64,000 bases of DNA, from the NCBI RefSeq assembly GCF_006345805.1, contig NC_043013.1, positions 20,956,001 through 21,020,000 on the forward strand, read 5' to 3'. The translations under genes and the position numbers were made by a program. Of the stretch, positions 27,259 through 40,856 are shown piece after piece. The number at the start of each line of letters is the position of its first letter. Positions within the stretch are counted from its first letter, which is position 1. Below the pieces are notes generated by a model. It was given only the letters and a program-made list of their open reading frames with translations. It did not search any database and was not told the origin of the DNA. The stretch is from Octopus sinensis. Taxonomy: Eukaryota.

Positions 27259-27260
27259 TA
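27080..27260. repeat. Compound trinucleotide array (ATC)n(ATT)n(AGT)n
   Basis: Direct sequence. Confidence 0.95.
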
Positions 27261-27662
27261 ATTAGCATGGAGACTTGTATATCCACATGCTGTATATAGT
27301 TATATATAGCATATTATAATGATCTACACGTATTTCCACTGCATTTTAACTATGGAATAAATTTCCTGGATGTACAATGCTCCTTACCCTTTATTATTAA
27401 TAACGATAATACATATTGCAAACAATTTTTCACATCCAGCGAAGCGTACGCGGAAGTACCCATCGGAAGAATTCACGGAATGATTAACAAGAAATTGAAG
27501 TTACAGACGTTAAATACTGATCGTCGTGGTTAACCCTTAACTGGAACCTAACTGAAAGCTGATACCCGTCCGGATAAAATATCCCTCGAAACTCACTATT
27601 ATATATATAGAGAGAGAGCTATATTAAATCTCTGACCGAGAGATAAACAGTAGCGGTACGGA

Positions 27663-28064
27663 ATCGTAACATATAATTGCCAACCAAGTGTGGCGTCCTA
27701 CTGACGTTGATAGCCCCAGGAAGACATCTCCTCCAGCTGGCTAACAACACAGATTCTGTGTCGGATTAGTATTTGCGAGGGGAGGTTATCTCCCCCAACT
27801 CTAGCCTCACGTGATTCACACGGACTTGAGTTTTCATCACTAGCGTGTGATTAGCACACGCTGAGGACGGGTAATCACTCAGAAACTCGAGTCTGTGTGT
27901 ATCCCGTAAGGCTAAAGATGAGAGCGTTGACCTATCCTCGCAAATCTCAATCGTATACAGAATGTGTATCGTCAGCCAGCTGGAAGAGATGCCCTCCTGG
28001 GGCTATAAACATCACTAGCACTGTCCTGTACGGAACGCCACAGTTGATTGTTATATGTTACGAT
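27663..28064. mobile_element. MITE or foldback element with long imperfect TIRs (~120 bp)
   Basis: ATCGTAACATATAA..GTGGCG..GATAGCCCCAGGAAGACATCTCCTCCAGCTGGCT is mirrored by AGCCAGCTGGAAGAGATGCCCTCCTGGGGCTAT..CGCCAC..TTATATGTTACGAT. Confidence 0.75.
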
Positions 28065-28092
28065 ATATATATATATATGTGTGTGTGTATAT

Positions 28093-28167
<75 letters not shown>

Positions 28168-28168
28168 T

Positions 28169-28207
<39 letters not shown>

Positions 28208-28293
28208 ACACACATACATATATATATATATATAATTGAAGTATTCTGTTACTCGCAGTCAATAATTAGTAATTGTCACTTGGTTTATGTAGC

Positions 28294-28400
28294 TGGCTTA
28301 CAAAGAATAAGTCATGGGGTCGATTTGTTCGACAAAAGGTGGTGCTGCAGCATGGCCACAGTCAAATGACTGAAAGAAGTAAAAGAGTAAAAGAGTAAAA
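28294..28400 (+). mobile_element. SINE family A 3' fragment
   Basis: GCTTACAAAGAATAAGTC..CAGCATGGCCACAGTCAAATGACTGAA and (AAAGAGT)n tail. Confidence 0.85.
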
Positions 28401-28817
28401 ATTTAGTAGAGTAGGATCGTAGAAAAGTTGGTTTCGTTTGAAAGAAGTTATGAAAGATCAATGATATCTATGTAAGGGTGAGTGTGTGTATACACATGTA
28501 TAGTTATGTATACATATATATCTGGCTGTGAATCTACTATATATGAATTGTTCCAATTTCGTATGATTGTGTTGATGAAGCATTCCATTCATTTCTACTG
28601 TATGACAATGCCAATATGTTTCTTTTTTTACGAATGCTATTGTGAATATGTATTTATTTATGTGTATATGTATTCGTGCGGTGGTGAGGGATGAAGGAGT
28701 CTACTAGTATGTTAAACATAGATTATGATGCAATATAGTACAACGTTTGCATGGAAACAAAAAATGAATAAAAATATGGAACATTCATCATATCGTTTAT
28801 TGTATAATAAGCAGCGA

Positions 28818-28862
28818 TCGTTTCTGATGAATGGGGATAAAAATGAAACAATTGTAGAGAAC
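28818..28862 (+). ncRNA. Degenerate minimal hammerhead motif
   Basis: CTGATGA-ATGGGGATAAAAAT-GAAA-CAATTG-TA-GAG: core and palindromic stem III intact, stems I and II damaged. Confidence 0.4.
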
Positions 28863-29082
28863 ACCATACACACATACACACATGCACACACACACACAGA
28901 TAAAACACACATATATATTCTCAAACTCACATACATAGACAATATTCTCCATCGTCGAAGGCATACAGAAATGGAGATAGGTTAGAAATAAACAGCTAGA
29001 GAACACGGACAGTAAGCAGAAGGGATATATATATATATAATATATATATACATATATACATATAATATATATATATATATAG

Positions 29083-29121
<39 letters not shown>

Positions 29122-29831
29122 AATAGAGACAGAGAGAAAGAAAGAAAGAGACAAACAAAGAGATGGGGCAGTAAGCAGATGAGAGAAAAAGACAGAAAGA
29201 TATCGAAAGATAGATATAAAGAGATCAGGAGAAAGGAAGTAAAAGTCACTGAGTTCGAGAAACAGAGATACAGAAAGAAATAGAGAGAGAGAAAGAGAGA
29301 GGGAGTGGGGAGAGAGAACTGCAATAAATGTTGTATTGAGATGTGAATCTCTTCTAATTGAATCTGACCAAAAACAACGCATATATTCCCGACCAAGATC
29401 TGGAATGTTGATTAAATGTTTAACCATTCTATCGCGTTGGCTGCCTTTGTTTCTCACAGTTTTTTTTCCAAATGTGTTAGCATATTCTTTCTTATTCCTA
29501 TCGCCATCGTCGTCGGTATTATTGTTACCAATAAGGGTGGGTTTCTCGCTTAATATTTTTTTTAACTTATTCTTCTATGTCGATGCTGAGGATCTTCCTA
29601 TGTTTTCTCCTCGTTGCTTTTTCGCGCTCTTTTTATCGATGTTCTAGCCATCGTTATTGTTCTTCATGATATGTTTATTTTTTTTGTAGATACTCTTCTT
29701 ATTTTCTTCACTTACCATCAGCTTAATTGCTCCTCTTATTTTCACTTTCATCCTAGTATATACACGTTTAATGTCATTAATGCATTCCACCCATACCAAA
29801 CACACACTAACACACACATACCTATATATAT

Positions 29832-29873
<42 letters not shown>

Positions 29874-30482
29874 GTTTGATAGACTTGACTTGTATACGAA
29901 CTCGATACAGGTAGGTGTACATACTCACGCGCGGCAAGACCCACACATTTCGTTCTAGTTTCCTTCTTACATATACACCCATTTACACACATACACAAAT
30001 ACACATTAACAAATATATGTACACGCACGCACTCGCAGGCCTCGCAGGCACATTATACATTCACCAAAGATAGATGAAGTCACAAAAATACACAGAAACA
30101 CGCATGGCCATGCATGTAAGCATATCAATATAGAAAAATAAATTAACAACATGAGTTACAGTGTGAAACACAGATAAATATATATATGTATATATAACCA
30201 CATTACCATATACTTCACTATACGTACACATACATTCATATAATTACACACGTGCTTATAGACAAACGAACTCCAGCAACTAATACTTTACACACACATG
30301 TATACATACGCATAGGCACTCTCACACACATACACATACGCACACATACGCTTGGTACTTATTGTATATGGTTCCTTTGCCGAAAATGCTAAGCTACGGG
30401 TACGCAAACACACCAGCACTGGTCCTCAATTGGTGGTGTAAGGCAAAAAACAGATACAAAGACACTACTTATATATATATAT

Positions 30483-30892
30483 ATTTCTTTACTACCCAAA
30501 AGGGGCTAAACACAGAGGGGACAAACAAGGACAGACAAACGGATTAAGTCGATTACATCGACCCCAATGAACTGGTACTTAATTTATCGACCTCGAAAGG
30601 ATGAAAGGCAAAGTCGACCTCGGCGGAATTTGAACTCAGAACGTAGCGGCAGGCAAAATACATATTTCTTTACTACCCACAAGGGGCTAAACACAGAGAG
30701 GACAAACAAGGACAGACAAAGCGATTAAGTCGATTACATAGACCCCAGTGAAATGGTACTTAATTTATCGACCCCGAAAGGATGAAAGGCAAAGTCGACC
30801 TCGGCGGAATTTGAACTCAGAACGTAGCGGCAGACAAAATACCGCTACGCATTTCGCCCGGCATGCTAACGTTTCTGCCAGCTCGCCGCCTT
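30483..30892 (-). mobile_element. SINE family C head-to-tail dimer
   Basis: Full unit 30661-30892 plus a unit lacking its 5' ~50 nt at 30483-30660. Confidence 0.88.
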
Positions 30893-30914
30893 AACAATAT
30901 ATATGTATATATAT

Positions 30915-31047
30915 TGTTGTGTAGACGCCCCCAGACGATGAAGTAGGCTAGCCCAATACGTAGATATAGAGAGAGAAGCCTAGACGTCAGGAGTAGCAGA
31001 GTAGCGGTGAGAGTTGAGTAGAAGGCATCCGAACGTGCGATATAACA
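30915..31047. mobile_element. 133-bp TG..CA-bounded insert, possible minimal solo LTR
   Basis: Starts TGTTGTG, ends TATAACA; TATAT on both sides (uninformative inside AT repeat); GC-rich relative to flanks. Confidence 0.35.
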
Positions 31048-31130
31048 TATATATATTTTTGTGTGTGGTGTGTGTGTGTGTGTGTAAATGTATGTATGTA
31101 TGTATGTATGTATGTATGTATGTATGTATG

Positions 31131-31175
<45 letters not shown>

Positions 31176-31204
31176 TATATATATATATATATATGCACTC
31201 TCTT

Positions 31205-32225
31205 TTTCATTTTCTACAATGTTCCTCCATATATCTGCTAGACTTGTAGGGCCCCTATTCCAAAATTCACTTGATCGTGACGAAAAATACTCCTCCAATA
31301 TTCTTCTGACCTCGTCTGCAAAACTCATATTTATTTCCGTCCAAATGATTTTGAAGACTGCAGAATAAATGATAATCAGATGGGGCAATGTCCAGCGAAT
31401 ATAGTGGGGCATCGTTTCCCATTCAAACTGATCCAGCCTTTGAAATGTCATCCTCGCTCTAGGTGGCCGAGCATTATCTTGACGGAAGAACACCTTTCGT
31501 CTTCAAACCAAAGATGGTCGTCTTTCTTCTAGCGTTGACTTAAGCCGCTTAAGCTGCCCGCAGTATATCTCCTTTGTTATCGTTTGGTTTGGGTTTAAAA
31601 GTTCAAAGTGGACGGAACGTTTCATATGCCACCAAACAGATAACAACACCTTACATTGGTGAAGACTATTTTTAGCCTGGGGTACCGGTGTTTCTCTTTT
31701 CCTTACCCACTGTTTTCAGCGCTTGATATTTTTCTAGAGAACGAAATTCTCGTCACCAGTCACTATTCGGTCTAAAAAAGCTTCATTCGTGAGACGTGAG
31801 AGCAAAGAAGAGCACACATTCACTCTCTGCGCTTGAATAGACTCGAAAAGTTTGTGAGGCACCATTGACCCAATTTCCTGACCTTTCCGATGGCATGCAG
31901 GTGTTGATGAATGATTGAATGACCAAATCCAAGCTTCTCAGCTGGTTTCTCAACAGTCCCATCGGATTTTGCTCCACCAGAGTTTGCAGGACGTCCTCAC
32001 CGAGCTCTACAGATCTAGGACGAGGCCCGTCTCCTAGACTGTAGTTTCTGGCTCGGAATTTCTGGAACCACCGTTGACACTGGTTTACGCTTATTATCCG
32101 ATCCTCATATACTGCATTAATATTCCGCGCACTTTCAGTTGCGTTGTTGCCTTTATTGAACTCATAAAGCAAAATATGCCGGCTATATTCTTCTGTCACT
32201 TATTTATGGAATGACTCAATATATA
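31205..32225 (-). mobile_element. Mariner (DD34D-type) transposase pseudogene
   Basis: TEEYSRHILLYEFNKGNNATESARNINAVY..QRWFQKFR; IVTGDE; QDNARP; DIAPSDYHLF; FWNRG..W.NIVEN; frameshifts and stops. Confidence 0.92.
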
Positions 32226-32241
32226 TATATATATATATGTG

Positions 32242-32298
<57 letters not shown>

Positions 32299-32357
32299 GT
32301 GTGTGTGTATAAACATACATACATATATATATACACACATACATACATACATACATA

Positions 32358-32550
32358 CGACCGCGTGTGTACCGTTGGCGATTTTTTCCTCTGTCTTCTC
32401 TTCTCTGGATCTTTCCTTCTCCTATGTTTCCGACGAAGAGCTCCGCTCAAAACGTTAAACCGTCCTTCCTTCTTTCCTGAGCGTCCAATAATACTATATT
32501 TGTTTCACGTCTTCGCGTTGTGTTTTTTGTGCTTTCTTGTTTGGATTAAC
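32358..32550 (+). mobile_element. Short HHR-bearing element (same family as 12423-12606)
   Basis: Centre GTTT-CCGACGA-A-GAGC(tcc)GCTC-AAAA-CG-TT-AAAC at 32426-32460; flanked by microsatellites. Confidence 0.75.
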
Positions 32551-32582
<32 letters not shown>

Positions 32583-32589
32583 CATACAT

Positions 32590-32750
32590 ACTACGGGCCT
32601 CTCTCAGTTTCCGTCCACCAAATCCAATGACTTTGGTTGGCCTGAGGCTATAGTAGAAATCACTTACCTAAGATTCCATGCAAAGGGACTGAGCCCGTAA
32701 CCTTATGGTTTGGACGTAAACTTCTTACCACGCAGTCATATCTGCGCATA
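32590..32750 (-). mobile_element. SINE family A 5' half, diverged
   Basis: Reverse complement resembles the family A head and central region. Confidence 0.75.
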
Positions 32751-32802
32751 TAACATATCTAAACACACACACACACACACACACAGGCATATATGTACCG
32801 CG

Positions 32803-32864
<62 letters not shown>

Positions 32865-32868
<4 letters not shown>

Positions 32869-33109
32869 AGAATTGAAAAAATGCAAAAGCGACAAGATAA
32901 GTTAACAATGGAATTTATAAGTTTGAAATTCAGAGTAATTGAAAGATTTAAGCATAAAAAATATTTAACATGACGTTTCAGACATTGCGCCTTCTTCTGA
33001 ATAGAGTGTAGAAAGTAAAGCGTCGAAGGAAAATGAAAACAAACTAGGAAAAGAAAGACATAATTCCGACCCTGCTGCAAAGACACGTGGAGTTTGCCCT
33101 TGATATATA

Positions 33110-33110
<1 letters not shown>
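32865..33110 (-). mobile_element. Short microsatellite-flanked element with a degenerate hammerhead motif
   Basis: rc 32968-33005: CAGAAGA-AGGC(gcaat)GTCT-GAAA-CG-TC. Confidence 0.45.
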
Positions 33111-33346
<236 letters not shown>

Positions 33347-34032
33347 GAGAGAGAGAGAGAGAGGGATTTATATATATATGATGCGGTCCTTACGTATATA
33401 TATGTACATATACACACATTTTTATATCTCTTTGAGCTTTAAGATCAATTTAGCGAATTTGATATTTCCCAAGATATTTTCTCCCTTTTTATTCCGTTTA
33501 ATTTCAAACCATTAACAATTACCCTCCAGCTTCTCTCTTGTTTCTGCAACTAAGAGGTACATTTCAATTGACTGAGAGTATATTTTGCCTATATTGTTCA
33601 CTACACCACTCCTTAAACTCTCTTTTCCTCTGTCTCTCTCTTTCTCAGGTTACACATAATGCGACTTTACAAAATAGTATAACAATATATTCGCCACTCC
33701 GTTCTACCAAGCTTACTTCTAAATTTGGTACAGACGTTAAATGTAGGAAATAGGCGTTGCTATCGACCAAATTCCGAGAGACTAGTGTTATATTTTAACA
33801 AACCTAGTATTATGAAGATTCAAATCTGACCACAGTGAAATATAAATTCTGTATGTAAAGAGCTGCAACGCAATGCTGCAAGGTATTGTCAGCGACGGTC
33901 TTGTAATTCGTCCTTCCATCGCCATTTATAACCATAATTTGTATGAAACCTCTTACACATAATTATTTCTAGTAGGTATGTCTCTGGTCATATCTACTTA
34001 GACAAATTAAATCCATTAGATATTATATATGT

Positions 34033-34140
<108 letters not shown>

Positions 34141-34589
34141 AGAGAGCGAGAGAGAGAGACGTACATAGATTTAGAGTATACCACTTATAGAAATGTATGT
34201 AATTGTTATCACTGCAACAACACTATCATTATCACTGTGTACGCAATGGTGGTGCATCAGAATCCCCATCTAGACTTATTCAGTAAATCTCCTTCAAAAT
34301 TATTCCTCTCTAATCTGCCAGATTCAACACCAAATACATATAGACACACCACTTATGAAAGTAACTCTGGTTATTTCAAATCATTAAGAACACCGACTCT
34401 GACAATCGCCCCCCTCACCGCATATGTGCGTGCGCGCGCGCGTGTGTGTGTGTGTGTGAGTGTGTGTGTGTTGACCTACCGCTCCAATCTCCATTCAAAA
34501 CAACTGTGACTGCCATCTATCTTCTGTCTTTTAATGATAACTTCCTGTAAAATCCATATTGTCGGGGTTGTGCGCTCCTGTAGCTCTGT

Positions 34590-35260
34590 TTGATCCTAGG
34601 ATCCAGTTTTACCCTTCCCCTTATTTTTTCTCACTACATCAATGACCTACTTGTCGTCACGCCCAATAAATTCCACTCCAGCACAGATGGGATCAGTTTC
34701 ACGAGTTTAGATGCTCCCTCATCCAACATAGACTTCTCTGGTCAAATCTACAGAGACTCATTAACGGAATCGTATTAATTTAATCTTCTTCAAAATCAAA
34801 AGAACACAATATTTATCCATACCAAGAAAGCATATCCCACCCATTTGAATAACAACAGTGCACATCATCTAGAACCCTCCAAGTCGATAAAAATGTTAGA
34901 CCTCATTTCAAGACTCCACCTATCACAAAGAATGCTCTTCTCCACCGCCAGAAAGCGTTTTATTTTCTGCCACCTACTAATCCGGGAAAAAACTCAATGA
35001 GTGTGATCCTCCTCTGAGACGATTGTGATGTTGGCCAGCGGCCAAAGGTTACTTAACGCATTGGTATGAAATTATTCACCAACACAATCCAAACTCTGAT
35101 CCACAGACCCGTTGTCTGTTTTCGTTACTTTTTCAGATGGTATATCGTATACCGCTCCTTCAAAGTGGCCGGCCATGTATCACTACAACTGAAGTGCTCC
35201 TGACTCTCTTTATCAAAATTTTGTACCACTTCATTCCTAGTAGTAAGGCTTTTTAGCCCC
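34590..35260 (+). mobile_element. L2/CR1-group LINE RT relic
   Basis: LGSSFTLPLIFSHYINDLL..NKFHSSTDG.. corresponds to QGSVL.P.LF..YINDL..FADD; heavily decayed. Confidence 0.6.
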
Positions 35261-36194
35261 AGAATGTCAATCCTACAGAATTCTCACTATATAATACCAG
35301 AGCAAGCATAGTCAATAATTTAAGAAAAAATATTTACTTGCGTGTACGTTAGTGATGTCGGGCGATCCAAGAAAGCTATGATACGCCAGACCAATTTACT
35401 TTTAAAAATAAAAACACAGAACGGAGCTAAAAGCTGAGATGTGCTTACTTTTGGTTTTGCATTTTTTAAATTCAAATTTCGCCAGAATTCTGATTTATCT
35501 GCTATCGATATGTCGGGAAGATAAAATATATATCACAAATATATAGATATCGCGCGCGCGCGTGTGTGTGTATCATATACGCACACATATCAAAAAAAGG
35601 TTACTTTCTCCTAAACAAAACGAAAGTGCAAATTTTGTGGGATTAATAGTTGTTTGTTTTTGTGGCCAATGTCGATATGCTTTAAGCGTTCTCTCTAAAT
35701 TCTGATAAAAGAAAAGCGGCCGTTATTAAATGTTTGACTGTGTATATCAATGGATCTATTAAGAAGGAAAAAAGTTGGAATACTTGAAATATTGGTGAGA
35801 TATGTCAAGTAGCATCATGACCTCATATTCTACCAATATTTTCCATTTAGCAACTTTATTGGCAAGACGTCACAGAAATACCTCTACAAATCCACATGAA
35901 GTTTAATTAAGCGTCTTCAGAAGAATACTTGCCCAAAATATTCTAATGTAGTTCAAACGTACTGCTCGTGCGAAATCTCTTGGGTGATTTTCTTCCATTA
36001 TTATCTGAAATGCAATTTACTTAAAGACGATTTACATAGAAGTTTCTGGTGAATAAAGGCATGATAAGAATAAATAAATAGAATCTAAGAAAAGTAATAG
36101 AAAATAAGGAAAGACTGATCGAAATAGAGACGCAACGTAGGGAAATAGGCAGTTTGATAAAGAGAAATACTGATAGCCAGATAGGCATTGCTAA

Positions 36195-36600
<406 letters not shown>

Positions 36601-38274
36601 TGCGTTATACAGATAGATAAACAGAAGCAGGTAGATGGAAAGAGAGACACAAATAGGTAACCAAAAGGAAGATGGAGAAAGAAGGAAAAAACAAACACAG
36701 AGAATCGTTGATCCATTAGTCAGAAAGTGCAGCAGACATGTTGGAAACTGATGATTGTCAGCAGAGAATTATGAGTGGAACACAATTGAATAGAAGTGAT
36801 CAATTCAGAGCTTGACAGGTCGCTCTGTTTAATGTCTACATTTAATTGGCGAAAAGTAAACTTACAAGAAGGAAATATAATACTCCCATCAAAGGTATAT
36901 ACATCTGTCCATATTCACATACACTATATATTTAGATAGATATATATATATAGATAGATAGATAGATAGATAAACACATATATACATACATACAGGATGC
37001 ATATATAAATATACACCTATTAGTACATACGATACATTTATATTGAATCCCAGGCAAATTACTCAATGCTTCTTGTAGAGTATAGTTATTAAATTTCATT
37101 TATTTGAATAAATATAAATTGCCTAATGGGACGAAAATTTGTTGAGGGTCCATATAGTAGGGTGAAAAATGACCTAAATGCTCTGACGCTTGCTAACGCT
37201 CATGAACATATATACAAAGAGAGACTATAATCGTCCGAAAAGTGCCGATCAAAAATGCCCAATACTGACGTGTCAGTTTCGACAATTTCCGCCGCCTCAC
37301 CAGTTAAGCCAGCTCGACTTCGGCTCTCTCCGGACTCGTTTCGCCATTAGTATTTATATATTCGTTATCCAAATAATTGGATGGTTTAGCGATTCGCTAA
37401 TGTGTATATACAAAATTGATAAGATCAGCAGTTTACAATATTTCACCAAAAAGCAGAATTACAAATGTCACTAAATATATACACTAACAGATAGATATAT
37501 ATACACACATACACACACACACACATATATATATACACATATATATATATATTGCATACACAGTCAAGGTATTATTAAATTTACGTATCTTTCGATGTAT
37601 CATCCTTAATGTATAATGATAGGACAATTACCGTCCCTCGTGTTGCCGCTGGCCGCTGATACGGCTCAGTTTCGCTTGTGATATTAATTTTGTTTTTTTA
37701 CACAGCAAGACTATAAGAAATGTTATCCCAGGACAAACACTATAACAAGTGGCCTATTGATTGTGTGTACGCACTATGATGCATAAATTGCTATATATAC
37801 ATACGTGTGGGTGGAGATGTATGTAAGCCGAGATGCTTTCATTGCCCAATCTCAATGTGGCGTCGTTGAAATATAGCAAATAAGAAATATGATTTTTATT
37901 ATTTATCCATTATTGGAATATTCATTTCTCCTTTATTAGAATATTTATTCTAATAAGAATATTTCCATAATTATTTTAGAATTTTTATTAGAATATTTGG
38001 GAATTATATCCTAGACTATTACTTCATTTCTCTATGAATGCCGTAAATTATAGTTCAGTAAGGAAATACTTAAAATGGCTTAGAATAAAACATACCAATA
38101 GGTTCAGAAAAATTGTACACCTTAACTATCTACCGACCTATTTATACTCTTATATTGCTTACAAACCTACGAAAGAATCTAATCAACTCCCACCACCACC
38201 ACCACCACAAATTTTGAGAGGTTTTGCCGACATGTTTTATTAAGACTTGTTTTGGCCGACATGTTATATTAAGA

Positions 38275-38301
38275 CTAGCTGGGCCCGTGAATATTTCACG
38301 G
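38275..38301 (-). mobile_element. Helitron-like 3' terminus (hairpin plus CTAG|T)
   Basis: rc CCGTGAA-ATA-TTCACGG-GCCCAG-CTAG|T; a second partial copy of the hairpin lies at ~38620-38637. Confidence 0.5.
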
Positions 38302-39332
38302 AACTAATGGTAAACCTATTGCATTTTCTTCTGAAAAATTTATCCTAGTAACCTGAAAGAGTAGCAAGTGCTTTGTCAGTATGAAAAGATAGTGTCTCAT
38401 CTGCTACTCATTGAAACGTGAAAGAAATTGGAATACGATGATTACTTGATGCCCTTTATATATACACTTTATATACTTTATGCATAAATTTATAGATTAA
38501 TACACAGTACTCGCAAAATAAATAATCACTGTTTTTCCATTTTTCCATAAAAAAAAAAAATATCCAGTACATATGATACAACCTTTAGTTAAATTGCATA
38601 TATTTTCCACGTAAATAAGCGTGAATATTTCACAGAATTGCATTTGTGCGCATGCGTTAATCCATAGGTGATATAAATGACTTAGTTCAATTTTTCAAAA
38701 AATAAACTTTTCACTATCCAATCACACCGCCATCTTCACCACCATCCTCCACTACCACAACCTCCATCTCCACCAATGTCACCACCATCATCATCATCTC
38801 TCCTTCTTTCCCGCCGCCTCTCTTTCTCTTTCCCCTCTCTCCCTCTTTCTCTGTGCCTTTCTTTAACTTCACCATTAGAACATCACCCCGCTGCTAAAAT
38901 CATATTTTGAACTCTCCTCTTCTATATCATCACTAGCTTCAACTAACATTTTTAACAACGTAATAAATATTACGTTCCCCCACCCCATGTCATGGATACT
39001 CCTCTCTCCCACTTTTTCTCCTTCCATCTTTTTCCTCTCCCACCTTTGCTTTTTCTTTCTGTCTCACTCTTCACCTTATCCTCTTTTTCTCTCTCCTTTA
39101 TCTTCTATATCCCAGAAACAGCTGTAAGACTAACTTTCTCTTTATAAATGTCCTGCAAATTCCACACAGCCTTGGCTTTATTGTCTTATTTTATTCAACA
39201 TATATATGCTGATACAAGACCCGCATTAGACTCTTCACTCATAACATTATCGAACCGAGAGTTTAACTGCGGTCCTCCCATAGCACTTGCATAGCGTTAC
39301 CTGCCACCCTGGGTCCTCTGGATACCAATACT

Positions 39333-39372
<40 letters not shown>

Positions 39373-39431
39373 TATATATATGTATATATATATGCATACA
39401 TACCTACATACATACATACATACATACATAC

Positions 39432-39466
<35 letters not shown>

Positions 39467-39775
39467 CATATATATGGTGCGTCTCTTGTAGTTAACTATT
39501 AGAAGGGAGATGATCTCATTTGGATTATGTTCGGTTGCGACAGATTTCAGAATTTGTAATTTACATCAAAAAGTAATGATGTACTTAGCATATACACCTA
39601 ATATTTTTTCACAAATTTTAAAGTTGTTAAAGTTTCAAGCCATATGTGTGTGTGTGTTTTTGTATGTGTGTGAGAAAGAGAGTGAGATTCTGTGTGGGGG
39701 GGATATATGTGAGTCGTGTGTATGTGTGTGTGTTTTTAAGTGTTTGTGTGTGAGTATGTATGTGTGTGTATGTGT

Positions 39776-39816
<41 letters not shown>

Positions 39817-40224
39817 GTGCGTGTGTAAGATTCCTGTCCAGCGTACCGAAAAGCGAAATGTCTACCAGGTGTGAGATTGCAATAGAAATATGAAATATAA
39901 TTACATAATATAACAAATCGATTTAGCTACACTATAATTTTATAAATATGGCTCTCAAGTGATGTTATAAGCAACATGAAGCCTTTATAGGGAAAAGACC
40001 ATAAATACCCATGAATAACTGTTGTAAAATATAGCAAATATTTAATACCGTCCTCCTATTAGCATTGCAATATTTTATAAATGTAACTTGGACGTATTTC
40101 AACTTATTAAAAACGATAAATTCAATGCTTTATTTCTATTTATATTGCTCATAAACTTGTGTGTGTGTATGTATGTATGTATGTATGTATGTATGTATGT
40201 GTATTATGTATGTATGTACGTATG

Positions 40225-40420
40225 TATCAGTCGCCATGATAGATCGTTAGCCACTACACACATTTTTTCTCTCCTTGTTTTTTCTGCGTCCCTTTCTGTA
40301 GAAGAGCGTAGGCTCGAAACGTAAAAGACTTTTTCGATTCTTGAGTGTTATACTAATACATCTGTTTGTTTTGTACATCACCTGTCTTCGTTTTTTGGTT
40401 TTTTCGTAAACTCTCCCTAT
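40225..40420 (+). mobile_element. Short HHR-bearing element
   Basis: 40292-40327 CTTT-CTGTAGA-A-GAGC(gtag)GCTC-GAAA-CG-TA-AAAG; flanked by (GTAT)n and (AT)n. Confidence 0.65.
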
Positions 40421-40818
40421 ATATATATACGTTTATGTATGTATGTATGTATGTATGTATGTATGTATGTATGTATGCTAGATTCTTTCGTCATGTACGA
40501 CCAATGAGAGTTCAGTAACATAAAGCATTAATCATTTACTTGTGGCTACGCATGTGTCTGATGAGGCCTGCTGGTACCTTGTAGACCTTTTGGCAAATGG
40601 AATATGTTGAGATCTCAGTCTAATCGAATGCTTGTGGATCATTTACTACATGTCTTCTTGAGTGGACGGCAGGGTTTGCTTTGATCTGTGCCTGAAAACC
40701 AGTCACATCTTAGACCCGACTGCATTCTTGCGTAGTTAACGTTACAGATCCATGTTTTTGAGCCCTACTCCCTCTCTCTCTCTCTCTCTTTCTCTCTCTT
40801 TCGCTCTCTCTCTCTCTT

Positions 40819-40856
<38 letters not shown>

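Noticed and set aside
38730-39110. Pyrimidine-rich tract as a functional triplex element
   Set aside because: Ordinary low-complexity sequence with no specific evidence.
40558-40600. CTGATGAGGCC as a hammerhead core
   Set aside because: No closing stem II or GAAA follows.
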